The notes: a model not told the origin generated them from the sequence alone. A stretch of 64,000 nucleotides of DNA from Antedon mediterranea (GCF_964355755.1 NC_092670.1:3896201-3960200); one strand, 5' to 3'; positions 1 to 12,074 are shown, numbered from the stretch's first letter. Numbers and translations are program-made.

Positions 1-454
1 ACGACGTTTTGAGAAACAATCATTGTTTTGTTTTTGTCGGGTATAAACCTCACTACACGAGACTCTAGGTCAATCCATACTTCCGTCTCACGAAATGCAT
101 TTTGGGTAATGAAAGCCAACTTTTTTACAGCCCACCCACAAAGTATGTGCAGCGGAAACGGTGCACGAATTTCATATACGGTATATTTATACGGTATATT
201 TATACGGTATATTTGGGATTGGCAGCAGAAACAGGCCCTCACTGGAGCTCTCTGTTACAAATTGGGTAGTAACATTACAAAGTGCGAGGCAGCGAGGCAC
301 GCAAGGCAGGGAAGGCATGCGAGGCAAGTCAGAAATTTATGCGAGGCATCGTTTTACCATCATCAAAAAATGCGAGGCATCATTTTATCATTTCTCAAAA
401 TTGCAAGGCAGGAAATCACCGAAATTGAAGTAGCCTAGGCCTAGGCCCGCTATG

Positions 455-1281
455 CTAGTTTCCTTTTGCACCTGCCTTGTAATTTAACCAAGGCTTTATC
501 CTGAATACCACAGCTTAGAATTAGTAGGCCTACTTTAATGAAGAAAAATCACATAAAAGTAACAATAAATCCATTAAATTGGTGATTTTACAGACGTTGT
601 TTTTCTCGCATTTCGCACACTCAATGTTCAATATTTTGGTTTCTATGGAACGCCAAAAGAGCAAAATTAATTAGAGGGCTAAAAACTCTGTGGAATCCAT
701 TTATATTTAACGCATTATTTGGTGAAAATCTAGTACAATTTCAATAGATTTTGTCACTGTCAGTAAGGAAAAATGTTACTGTTGATAATGTACACGGTTT
801 CGTTAACCTTTTAAAGAATAAAATAGAAAAAATCATCATAATATCCTTAGTAGGATGTCCTAGGTCTAGACTAGGTAGTGATGTTGATTTAGGATCGATT
901 ATTATTCTTTGAAAACAGAACAGTATCAGCAGTAACATATTACAACATTTTTATTGACAAATTAACAAATATATTGAAATAAAACGTGTTTTTCACCAAT
1001 AAATGCATGAGAAATTGACGCATTCCACTGAGTTTTAGTCCTCTATTATCGTTGCTCTTTTGGCGCTCCATAGAAACAAAAATATTGAACATTGAATAAG
1101 TGAAATTCGCGAACAGTGTGCGAGAAACACGCCTGTAAAATCATTAATTTAAGGATTTATTTGTTACTTTTTATGTGATTCTTTCATTAAAGTACTCATG
1201 AGGTATACTTCTAAGGTGTGGTATTCACACGATAAAGTTAGTTATCAAATTTGGAGTAAAAATACAAGCGAAGGAAACTAG
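455..1281. mobile_element. Foldback MITE with long imperfect inverted arms
   Basis: Ends are ctagtttcctt...aaggaaactag. Arm tttctatggaacgccaaaagagcaa (~640-665) is inverted as ttgctcttttggcgctccatagaaa (~1052-1076). Homologous to the core of the 5216-6320 element. Confidence 0.65.
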
Positions 1282-2167
1282 CGCCAGGTTTATTAGTACG
1301 TACATGGACAACAATAAATAAAAATCGTTCGTAATATACCTAGCTTACTAAAACAGGAATAGTGTATCATTATTAAATATTACATCAATTATTATTTTAT
1401 CAAAATTGATTAAATCATTTTCTACATAGGCCTCTTATCTAGGTTAGGGCTAAGCATATTAGCTAAAGTTTAATTTTAGGCCTAGTATTACAATTGTCGG
1501 ACGTAAGTCTTTTTTCACACGCGCTCCAGAATTCTGTCGCAATTTTTTTCTTTGCGGCATGTTATTGGATCGGCATATCAGTTACCTTTTATTCAACGCC
1601 AGTTATTGAACTTGTCCTGGCAATCGCTGTTCACCTTATTTGCGAGAGAGGTACACGTGTTGTTCCTAGAGAATGGAATGTCAAAAATGTCTTTGGCACG
1701 CCGCTCAGAGAGAAGTCTGTGCGTTGCTGCTGAAACCACGTGCTATAGGAGGGAAATGCACCACAATCCTCTGAGCTGAGGGCTGAATCATTCCGCTACC
1801 TGCTAAATAGTAAAGAGGGATTGTCCATCTCTCGGGTCTACCGGATCTAGGCGCAGGGGTGTGACAAAATATTATTTTCACTCTGCTATGTTCGAGAGAC
1901 ATGTGAGTGAACACGCTCGAAATGCCAACAAACATTGCAGTCATTTGATGAGTGTGTCGCTATAACAATTATTGTTTATCGAAAGTTGAAGACTGTCGTT
2001 CAGATTTTTGAACCGTAGTTTGGGCACTTTTGTAAAAGTAAAATTTGACACGATATGACTTGAATGAAAAAACAATCGTTACATAAAAATAAACAACATG
2101 ATGAGTGTATACACGAATCTATTTAGATACGCTTGTATCGATTGATTATTAGGCCTATAATATTATA

Positions 2168-2352
2168 CAGATATTGACTGCTTAGAGGTTAAATATAAGA
2201 TTTGACATCCCCGAGGGAATGATATTAAAGTTCGAGGGAATATATATTTCCCGAAGCGCCAGCTGAGGGAAATATATATTCCCCGAGAACTTAATATCAT
2301 TCCCGAGGGGATGTCAAATCTTATATTTAACCGATATAAAAGGCAATATCTG
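2168..2352. repeat. Near-perfect long palindrome (hairpin element)
   Basis: ggttaaatataagatttgacatccccgagggaatgatattaa (from 2187) pairs with ttaatatcattcccgagggatgtcaaatcttatatttaacc-like sequence (to 2332). The loop is about gaagcgccagctga. Outer pair cagatattg/caatatctg. Confidence 0.8.
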
Positions 2353-3876
2353 TTATATTATATAGCCAAGAACAAGTCTGCTGGGTTGGGTGAAGCTAGG
2401 CTAGGCCTTCTATCCTATAGTATTTGTATTGTATTTAAACAAGCCTGCCTAGACACCTTACCTTGCGAAGTCTAATATACAGATAATTACTAATTAATGA
2501 TTCCTTGGCAATAAAATATTCACTTAGGCCTAGGTCGTTTAAATTAACAGAAGAATTTCCATCAATAAGCCTATTAAAAATAATAATATTATAATCAGGT
2601 AGGCCGAATAAACAATTCGTCTTCTTCTCGATCTTCGAGGAGCCGAATCACCGGATGTTCAGCGCGTACTAGTTACTAGGCTACTACCGTGAGTATTGAC
2701 CAATCACAAACGGTGTTTCATCACATTTAGGGTGGACTTATAACAAATGAGGGCGCTATGTATGCATAGTTTAAATAGTTTAGATGATTAATTTCTTCAA
2801 GCAACTTTCGTGGCGCAGCGGTTGAAGCGTTGTCTTGCGATGGAGTGACAATTCCACCCGAGTTCAAGATCGAGTTGATGACTTTTGTTTATTTATCGGC
2901 AACGCGAGTGTTGGCACACGAAAATTACACAGTCAATATCATCGTACTCGAGAATCTATATGTTTAATGACAGGGGACACGATAATTACGCGAAAATTAC
3001 ACAGTCAATATCATCGTTCTCGAGGATATATACGATTTACGATCCTCGCAGCGGTAGTCATGTGATGCAGTTTCAACCAATCACGTTAGCGTATTTACAT
3101 AGGCTATGTAATGTATCATAATAGCACGTTAAGATATGCCTCGCACCTTTTTGAAATTGTAAATTATATGCCTCGCATGCCTCGCACTTTTGGAAATGAT
3201 AAAATGATGCCTCGCACAAATATTTCGCACTTTGTCAACACTTTTACAAATTTCTCATGCAAAAATCGCGGAATACTCATTCTTGTGATATATATTCTTT
3301 GATTATACCAGGTCCATGTAAAATATACTGTAACACACCAACCTGAGCATCATTCGGTTCTTGGATAATAGAGTTGTTCTCTTTACTGATGTCACAGACA
3401 CACATGAATTCTGCTTCTCTCTGTGCACTCTAAAGAACTGGTCACGAATCCTTTACGAAAGTTTGATGTGTAGATATATGATAGTGATATGATGTCATCA
3501 TGTCCATATATGGGCACATCACATCACATAAAGTTTGATAGTGTAGACAGAGCTTTAGTATACAGAGTTTGAAGAAACCTCAATTGCATCCACAACTAAA
3601 AAATATATATGCTTGTATGCTTGTAAACCATTAATTAAATCCAGTTTTAATTACCCTCCTCTAGCCCGGAGTGTCTGCCATGAGGTCCAGAATATTCAGG
3701 TGCTTGCAGACTACTGGTGGATGTATCAAAATAGCCACATGGCTCGTTACCTCTATTACACTGCTGGAAGGCTGAAGCCTCACTGCAACAGGAACAGATT
3801 CCACAAGTTCTAGAGATAGGCCTATGACTAGACGAAGAGTATGCCACAGACAACTGGTTGTAATAGGGGCTATAAT

Positions 3877-3985
3877 AGGGGTCGTCGGTTTCGTGTTATG
3901 GGTCGTCCAATTCTAGGTCGTCCAATTCGAGGTCGCCCTGGTCGTTGGGGTCGTCCAATTCGAGGTCGTCGCTTTCTACACACCC
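3877..3985. mobile_element. Orphan right end of the 4120-5006 MITE family
   Basis: Near-identical to 4899-5006 (ggggtcgtcggtttcgtgttatgggtcgtccaatt...ctttctacacaccc). Confidence 0.8.
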
Positions 3986-4119
3986 CTCTACACTTTCCTA
4001 TTTCAACACTGCAGGAGTCGAGATAGTTAGCCAAACGAGTGGGCGCCCCTCATGCTAGGCCTACTAAAATTGTATGATGTGGGTGTGAGAACAAAATTAA
4101 GCGAGAAATCGAAGATATA

Positions 4120-5006
4120 GGGTGTGTAGAAAGCGACGACCTCGAATTGGACGACCCCAACGACCCGGGCGACCTCGAATTGGACGACCTAGAATTGGAC
4201 GACCCATAACACGAAACCCACGACCCCTATAGCCTAGCCTAAGTGTGGTATAACATCCCGAAGCCGAACATAGCCAAAGATCTTTAAACCATACCTTATA
4301 TAATACTCGCAAGCAAGCAATTGATTGAAAGAATACAGAAATATCGCCATTTCATACTGAATATGTCGACACGAACAAACGAACAGATATGGAACGCCAA
4401 AAGTGCATCATTAAAACTGCATTTGACATATTAAAAATAATTTAAAAAGAAATAAATATTATACATTACATGGTTAAACCATTACATGGACGTATAATTA
4501 CATCTCGTCTTCTTATAACGAACACTATAGGCCTACCAAGCAGCATGTTGCGAACATGTGCATGGGGGAGGGCCATAAGAAAGCTTTACATTTCACACAT
4601 GCATTGTATACGGTCAAACCTTCTCACCCGCCGCTGAAAAAGGGGCCGTTTTGACCTGGTATTTCGTGTGCTAATCGAGTCGAATGCAGTTTTAATGATG
4701 CACTCTTGGCGTTCCATATCTGTTCGTTTGTTCGTGTCAACACATTCAGTATCAAATCTCAAATGGCGATATTTCTGTATTTTTTCAATCAATTGCTTGC
4801 TTGCGAGTATTATATAAGGTATGGTTTAATTAAAGATCTTTGGTTATGTTCGGCTTCGGGATGTTATACCATACTTAGGCCTAGGCTAGGCTATTATAGG
4901 GGTCGTCGGTTTCGTGTTATGGGTCGTCCAATTCTAGGTCGTCCAATTCGAGGTCGCCCGGGTCGTTGGGGTCGTCCAATTCGAGGTCGTCGCTTTCTAC
5001 ACACCC
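4120..5006. mobile_element. Mutator/foldback-like MITE with ~310-bp TIRs and 10-bp TSD
   Basis: Ends are gggtgtgtagaaagcgacg...cgtcgctttctacacaccc. TSD cgaagatata at 4110-4119 and 5007-5016. Subterminal ggacgacc repeats. Confidence 0.9.
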
Positions 5007-5215
5007 CGAAGATATAACAGTGTGGTGCGAAACTGCAGTAGCGCCGGCCTATAGTAGGCCTAGCCTAGGCTTAAAAAGGTACTTACAGGCCTAGCCTACG
5101 CTATTATTTAGGGGATGATCGATTCAGGTTAGTTTTACGAACACAAATTCATAGATTTTGAACAAATAATACATAACTAAATTCAATATCGAGATTAATA
5201 AAACAAAATAAAACC

Positions 5216-6320
5216 GGGTGTCACGAAACCTCAGACCACCACGAAACCTCAGACCACGAAAGCTCAGACCCCCTAAGACCTAAGATCACGAAAGCTAAGT
5301 AAGACCCAACACCTAAGATTACAAATACTAAGATATACTACAGCTTAAAAACAATACTTGTTTATCCATACATAATTTTAAACACAGTAGGTTTCATTTA
5401 TTACCATAAATATAATTTAATACTACCGCAAAACATAGATAAACTCACATTATTTTCGCCCGTTGAGTAAATGTATATTTTTTCTTTACAACAAACAAAC
5501 TTGACGGGTTGTTTGTTGGTATATATTTACTCCATTGTGTTGGTTCAGAGGATGTTTTTCTTACGCACCTGCCTTTCTTGTATTTTGACTCCAAATTTGT
5601 TGACTAACTTTATCCTGAACACCACACTTTAAAATTAAGACTTATAAGTACTTTCAGAAGGAGAAACACATAATAACAAATAAATAAATCCTTTAAATTG
5701 ATGATTTTACAGATGTGTTTCTTTGTACTGTATACTGTAATGACAATAACACTCTCCTCGAGCTCCCCATGCTCAATGTTTTTGTTTCTATGGAGCGCCA
5801 AAAGAGCAACAATAAAAAAAAAACAGAAAGAAAACGAAACAAAAAAACTTATCATGATTTTTAAATTAAAATTTATTTGCCAGTATTTATTTCTTCGTAC
5901 TTGCATGATTATACTATTATCATTACAATTTTAATTTTACATTGTTCCATCCACACTGTAGATGGACTCCACAGAGTTTTCAGCCCTCTATATAATTTTT
6001 GCTCTTTTGACGTTCCATAGAAACAAAAACATTGAACATGGCCCATGGGGTAGGCCTACTGTACTGTAGGCTAGTCATTTTGTGTGCGAGAAAAACGTCT
6101 GTAAAATCATCAATTTAAAAATGTATTTGTTACTTTTTATGTGATTCTTTTTCATGAAAGTGCCAATTCTAAGGTGTGGTATTCAGAATAAATGTTGGGA
6201 GTTAAAATACATGGCAGGTGCGAAAGATAAATATTTGTAATCTTAGGTGTTGGGTCTTAGCTTTCGTGATCTTAGGTCTTAGGGGTCTGAGCTTTCGTGG
6301 TCTGAGCTTTCGTGACACCC
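5216..6320. mobile_element. Mutator-like MITE with 10-bp TSD (second copy at 46487-48458)
   Basis: Ends are gggtgtcacgaaa...tttcgtgacaccc. TSD aaataaaacc at 5206-5215 and 6321-6330. Confidence 0.9.
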
Positions 6321-6534
6321 AAATAAAACCCACATGTGTAGCTAGCTCGATGTCGTACAGTACAAAAACAACAATATACGCAGGTGGTGGGTGGTGGCGT
6401 CGTCTGCTTCTCTAGTTACGAATTTTCAAGAAAATCGTTTTGAAACATTTTTTTTTAAATATTTTTTTTGATGTATACTATAGGGCTAGGGCTTATATAA
6501 TGTGTTTTTTTAGTGTTTAATTATTATATGTTTC

Positions 6535-6713
6535 GGAAATTCCTAAAGTATAATTTTAACTTCTACGTCACCAAACCGGGAATTCCCAAACTAATTTTAG
6601 ATTTCGGGCTCTTGCAGTAGCCAGCTGGTGTAGTGCCTATTTACCGTCCAAAACGGAAATTCCAGAGTCTAAATTTACTCACTGGAAAGTCGAGACGCGA
6701 CTAGATATATAAA
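6535..6713 (+). promoter_or_regulatory. Putative APOL-A promoter: three kappaB-like sites and a TATA box
   Basis: GGAAATTCC 6535-6543, GGGAATTCCC 6578-6587, GGAAATTCC 6655-6663 and TATATAAA 6706-6713. A splice donor AG|GTAAGT follows at 6872/6873 and an acceptor tatAG at 8866, 12 nt before the ATG. Confidence 0.6.
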
Positions 6714-7067
6714 CTGTCTAGCAACGAATGCAAGCATTATTTCCAAAGGATATTGGCGACACACACCACAAGAAAAATGTCGTTCCGGGGTTGGAATTGA
6801 CAAAGGTTTTAATTCCGGTGTATTCGCGAAATTGTCAGAGGATACGTTCTTGAAAACCAGCGGCAGACTAAGGTAAGTTTTGTAAGACATTTATTTTAGG
6901 CCTCGAGGATCCGATGCATAATGGCATTTCGGCTGAACGAGCACTCACAATCCTGTGTCGACTAGGAGCGCTGCATATAATTGATAGTCTGTCAAAAATA
7001 GATAGGCCTATCAAAACGTAGTTCTAATTTCATTCCTCTGGGCATTGCTCATGGGCCCTATTAAGCT

Positions 7068-8668
7068 CCGGGCCCGGCGCTAATGCAGTTTCGTACCCAC
7101 CCCTTAAAATTACTCAAAATCTTCATCCAACCTACTCACGAGTTGTCTACAACATTCTGCAATCATAAAATTGTAAAAAATCGATAATTTTTTATTTAAA
7201 ACTATTTTTAATCAATTAATACTGAGCACCCTTCGGAAATACATCGCCAGCTTAGCTTCGCGAAAATCATCGCTAGGCCTGCCGATAAAAGTACGGAGGC
7301 CTCACAGGACATTAACTCTATTAATAGAGTAAACAGTTGCGTTCTATAGAGGGCGTAGTTACTAGCATTTAAAGCACGCGCCAAATAATTATAATTTTCA
7401 TTTCCGACATGCGTTTCGTATTTTTAATAAAGAAAATAAATACTATACAATTGCTGTATTCATCATTGTGGGTATCATCATAATTATGTTATGTTTTTAA
7501 TTTGTTCTTTCATTTTACTAGTAGAATTTCACACAGAAAAGAAGATAAATATGGAACTGCTGACTCTTGAAGATATAAGTACTGACCAATTTTCCTCTGT
7601 TTTATTTTATTTTACATTATGGTTTGTAAGTCAAATAAATAAATGAAATGAACAAAAAGAATTACAGTACTTCATTCCTGAGTTACATTGTTAATGTTAT
7701 AACACAATAATCAAGCTATGACGAATTAATTGTTTTAGTATTTGTTATCACTAGCTATACTAGAAACGCTAATGGTTTCCCTGTTTTAAGATTTTATAGA
7801 AGTATATTATTGTTAATTAACATTTTTTATTCACCTATGAAAGACCTCTTCAAATACATGGAAATAGGAAATGCAACAAAAACAGAAAGAGAACAAAAAC
7901 AGAAAGATATAATTTATTGAAATGTAATGTACAGTAATACAATAATTATAATAAAAATGTTTTCCATCAATTAATTACTAGAATTTATTTTACTTCTGCT
8001 GACACTGAATACATCATTTCATGTCTTTCATTTCTTCTTTTTTATCTTCTTTCCTGTTGTGTTTATTAAAATAAAATCAAATAAAACATTAAATAATGAA
8101 GCAACTATTCATTAATTTATTTCAACAATATTTTATGAGGGTGGTCCATCCAGCCGAAGCTGATCATTAGGGACCCTTACAAAAAATATAATTTGACAAG
8201 ACAATAACACACAACATTCAAAATAAATAGAATTTCTAAAAATTAACAACATAATTAAACACAAAATATTTCTTTATGAAAAAAACTTAAAATCCGTTTC
8301 ACGAGGAACATGTAAAAAATATTTTATTATCGCCATAATATCATAACAGCGTCCTCTATAGATCGATGCCCTATGAGGCCTCCGTACTTTCATCGGCAGG
8401 CCTAGCGATGATTTTCGCGAAGCTAAGCTGGCGATGGATTTCTGAAGGGTGCTCAATTATTATTTAATTGATTAAAAATAGTTATAAATAAGAAATTATC
8501 GATATTTTACCATTTTATGCTTGCTGAATGCTGTAGACAACTCGTGAGTAGGCTAGATGAAGTATTGAAATCATTTTGAGTAATTTTAAGGGGTGGGTAC
8601 GAAACTGCATTAGCGCCCCGGGCCCTTGGGTTTAGCCAGTGAGCGCGCGCATAGCCGTTACGCCACTG
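7068..8668. mobile_element. Foldback element in the APOL-A 5'UTR intron, carrying a SINE 3' fragment (~8116-8182, minus strand)
   Basis: Arms ~7068-7365 and ~8350-8625 are inverted copies (gcgctaatgcagtttcgtaccc / gggtacgaaactgcattagcgc). The internal fragment matches the 3' part of the SINE at 42967-43208. Confidence 0.7.
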
Positions 8669-8878
8669 GTGGTAGGGGTGCGCGCCCCCCCCCCCCCCCC
8701 CATGCACAACCCCCTGGGCCCTGATGTGTGATCCGTCCCATTGTTGTCAGTAGATTCCCACCGCCTTAAAACAACCTAGCAAATTAACTCATTTAATGAG
8801 TCATTTTATGTAACATTTTATGTTTTAGTGATCATGAACTATAACAATATTTTTTTTAAATTATAGAATAATTGCATC

Positions 8879-9862
8879 ATGAGTTGTAGGCCCGGGTGTA
8901 GGTCTAATAGGCCTAGGAACCTCTACTCACGCTATGAAACTCTGGTGTGTCATTGGTGTAAATCAGAAAAGGAGTTGTGCCAGAAGGTGACGTCGTTAGC
9001 TTATAAAGGCCTTACTAATCCTTTGAGTTTTCTTCCGTCTGGCGAACTTAAAAATGAAGTCCAGAAAAAAATTGAGCAGCTTGGGTTGATCCATGATATC
9101 CAACCGAATATGAAAGAAGTAACGGAAGAATTTCGAAGAGTCTTTAAAGAGTGGTCAAAATATCGCTTGGAGGTTATTGAAGAGTTGACCAAGTTTATTG
9201 GTGAAGTCATAGTAGCTAATACTGGGAAAAAAGTAGTAAAGGTCTGTGGTAAGGTTACCAGTATAATCGGAGGATGTTTGGCTATCGGGGCTCTTCTACT
9301 CGCCCCCGAGACTGGAGGAATTTCATTGTCTGTTTGGGGAATTCGTGTAACCCTAGCATCCAGAATGATTCAGATAGGAGCAGAGGTTGTAGACGGTGCC
9401 TTCACTCACATCCAGAGCAAACGAGTGGCAAATTTGCTAGAAAAAGATCGTAAAATGACAGAAAAAATGGAAACTGCTGTTGAATCTTTGATGACAACCA
9501 GTAAACTCTTCAATGATGCTGTTGAAGAGTTTGAAAAAAGACATCAGTGGTTTGGAATGGATGAACTTGCCGAAGGAGTCAACAATCTAAAACTTGAGTA
9601 TTCCGAAGCGAAATCAGCTCTTGATGTTGTGGGAACAGCTCTGAAAGCAAAACCGTTCGAAATGCCTTCAAAGACAGTCCGTGGCGTAACTGGATTTCTC
9701 ATTGGAATTTACGTAATAATGGACGCTGTAGATTTGATGAAAACTATAAAGGACATTCAAAATGGATCTAAATCTGACCTGCAGGAACATATCACGGCAT
9801 TGTCAGCAGTGCTGATACGTGAACATGAAATATTGCAAAAACAATATGAAAGTTTCTCATAA
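8879..9862 (+). CDS. APOL: Apolipoprotein L family protein (APOL-A), single coding exon, 327 aa
   Basis: APOL hallmarks: amphipathic helix (EEFRRVFKEW..RLEVIEEL), Gly-rich hydrophobic hairpin with LAPETGGISL, and C-terminal GIYVIMDAVDL..IKDIQNGSKSDL. Family-level call only. Confidence 0.9.
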   Translation: MSCRPGCRSNRPRNLYSRYETLVCHWCKSEKELCQKVTSLAYKGLTNPLSFLPSGELKNEVQKKIEQLGLIHDIQPNMKEVTEEFRRVFKEWSKYRLEVIEELTKFIGEVIVANTGKKVVKVCGKVTSIIGGCLAIGALLLAPETGGISLSVWGIRVTLASRMIQIGAEVVDGAFTHIQSKRVANLLEKDRKMTEKMETAVESLMTTSKLFNDAVEEFEKRHQWFGMDELAEGVNNLKLEYSEAKSALDVVGTALKAKPFEMPSKTVRGVTGFLIGIYVIMDAVDLMKTIKDIQNGSKSDLQEHITALSAVLIREHEILQKQYESFS

Positions 9863-10918
9863 TGTTTGTCTGAACTTGTTTGGGAAGTCGGGGGTAAGCT
9901 AGCTATCGACGCATATTAAAGACATTGACAGTCTGAACTTGATTCTGAAGCCAGACGATGCTATGGCATTGCGTTGTTGAATTGAACTATCCATAAACAT
10001 GGTTCTATGACCAAACAAATCAGGAAAAACTAGGGTAATTCCGAGAAAGACTATACCGTCCGTGAATAGATATTTTATTTTAAATAAGGATCTTTTTTAT
10101 ATCGTACTACAGGATTTCTGTTTTAATTTGATAATATTTGTTTTACTATTACTTTTATATTGTTTTTAAAGCAGTGTGACATTTGAATACTTTATTTTAA
10201 TTGAGATTCAGCTACTATTACCCACAGCGTTATTTTTTTTCAGTAGTTTGTCATTTTGATTATTTAATTATTGTATATTTTATATGTACGTTCACACGAG
10301 AAACAATGTTCACCATCAGCAATAATTAGAATAAACAGTCAATGAAAGTGAAACTAATCGATCGATTGTGACTAAGATCATTTGTTAATTTAGGATGTTA
10401 TTAATATTATTGTATTATAATTAGGCGTTAATCGATACAGTAACAACACAAAATAATATTATTACAAATAATTGGACCTAATTTAAGAAACTGGAAATTA
10501 CAATAATTTAATAAATGATTTTATAAATATTTATCATGTATATAAAAAATATGTAATCATGTACAGCACACACCGTGACAGCATGTTTGTATATAATTCA
10601 CCGAGCAATTAAATAGTGTTGTTATTTACACAGGAACAATAAATGATAAGTTTGTTTGAAACATGATTTTGTTTTATTTGTTTTCACTACGCGCACACAA
10701 GTACTTTTAATTGTTATAGCAGTCCTCTATTTCTCAACATTGTCTTAGCTCAGCCCTAACCATGCAGGTAGGACTGGTCCAGTTGGAGACGTATGCCTAA
10801 AATATTTTGTTTCATATTTCCAAGTCATAAGAAGTCCAATTTCCAAGTCCAAATTGTTGTATTTCAAATCATTTCCAATTTTCGCACGCACCCTCCCCTA
10901 CGCCTTAGGTTACGTTAA

Positions 10919-11135
10919 GGCCAACTCAGACAGCGTCGTACGACTAGGCCAAACGAGTCGTCTCGTCGGGAAAAAATGGAACAATCATGTTTAAAGTTTT
11001 CCCGACGACCTAAAAACTACGCCCGTCGCCGTCGAAAGACGACTCGTCTCGTTAGGGATTCAACTCAGACAGCACCGACGAGTCGAGTCAAGACGTTTCG
11101 TCGGCCTCGTCGAACGACGCTGTCTCAGTTGGACC
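10919..11135. mobile_element. PIF/Harbinger-like MITE
   Basis: TIRs ggccaactcagacagcgtcg / cgacgctgtctcagttggacc, flanked by taa and tta. Confidence 0.7.
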
Positions 11136-11683
11136 TTATAGAACAAATTACTAAAACCGGTTTCAGGGGCCTGTTTCTGCTGGCAGAAAAACGGTTTTTT
11201 CTCTGACACTGAAAATGGCCCTATATGGTAAAATGGTTTTCTGATTGAAAATTGATTAAGCTCAATTGTTAAAAACGGTTTTGTGGAAATTTTTTTAGCT
11301 GCAACACATAACAATTGACGTGGTCTCAATTTGATCAATCAGAAGGTCATTGACTGGCGGGAACATTTGATCTCTAAAATATGTATAGTATAGTATAGTA
11401 TACTATATATCACATACAAGTGATTACAAAAATGGTTTTATTTTAAGTAAAAAGTAAGCTGCAACATATGGTCAAAAACGTTGTTATAGGATAACATTGA
11501 ATTAGATTAAATAGTCCTCTAGTCTTCATCGTAGTTTAATTAATACATTTTGTTTGTTACCGACTACGAAATTGAGGCCGTACCTCACGCCCGTCATTTC
11601 AATTAATTTCCAACCACCCTAAACTTTTGACATTAAAAAAACCCCTGATAAATTCCATTTGACTTATTTAAAATAGGACGAAC

Positions 11684-11966
11684 GGAAATTCCCCGTGCAC
11701 CTATTTTTCCGTAGGCCTACTGGAAATTCCACAATCTATATAAATTTCCCCTAATCTATATGAATTTCCCCCAATCTATATTTTGACTAATGACATTATA
11801 GAAACGCGACACACAAAGCGCTGACTGTATTTGGCTGCTGAATATTGATAGAGCTGTACGGTACGTAAATTTTCAATAGACTGCTCTTCGTGACGTTTAT
11901 CATATCGAATACTAAACGTGAGAGACAAAAGGTTTTTGGAACCAACTTCTTTAGTCCAGCAGAAAG
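11684..11966 (+). promoter_or_regulatory. Putative APOL-B promoter (kappaB cluster) and non-coding exon 1
   Basis: GGAAATTCCCC 11684-11694, GGAAATTCC 11722-11730, TATATAAA 11737-11744, AAATTTCCCC ~11742-11751 and GAATTTCCCC from 11762. Donor AAG|GTACGT at 11966/11967; acceptor tttAG at 13500. Confidence 0.6.
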
Positions 11967-12074
11967 GTACGTGTCACAGCCTAGGTAATATGCAGCCGTG
12001 GATCTAGGATGATTTTGGGGACTTTCGTAAAAATAAATAATTAAATACTAGTAGAGCTTCTATCATAATATACG

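Larger units (their letters stand above)
273..3240. mobile_element. Degenerate non-autonomous DNA transposon with inverted subterminal TGCGAGGCA repeats; contains nested foldback elements
   Basis: TGCGAGGCA repeats at ~283-380 are mirrored by TGCCTCGCA repeats at ~3138-3217. Left end cattacaaagtgcg matches right end cgcactttgtcaaca. No TSD resolved. Confidence 0.55.

Noticed and set aside
3841-5017. Arg/Gly/Pro-rich ORFs (GRPIRGRPGRWGRP) resembling antimicrobial peptides
   Set aside because: They are translations of MITE TIR repeats present in both orientations.
10344-10355. IRF-element-like GAAAGTGAAACT (paralogous GAAATCGAAA at 14913)
   Set aside because: Single short motif in AT-rich 3' flank, far from the inferred TSS; not distinguishable from chance without data.
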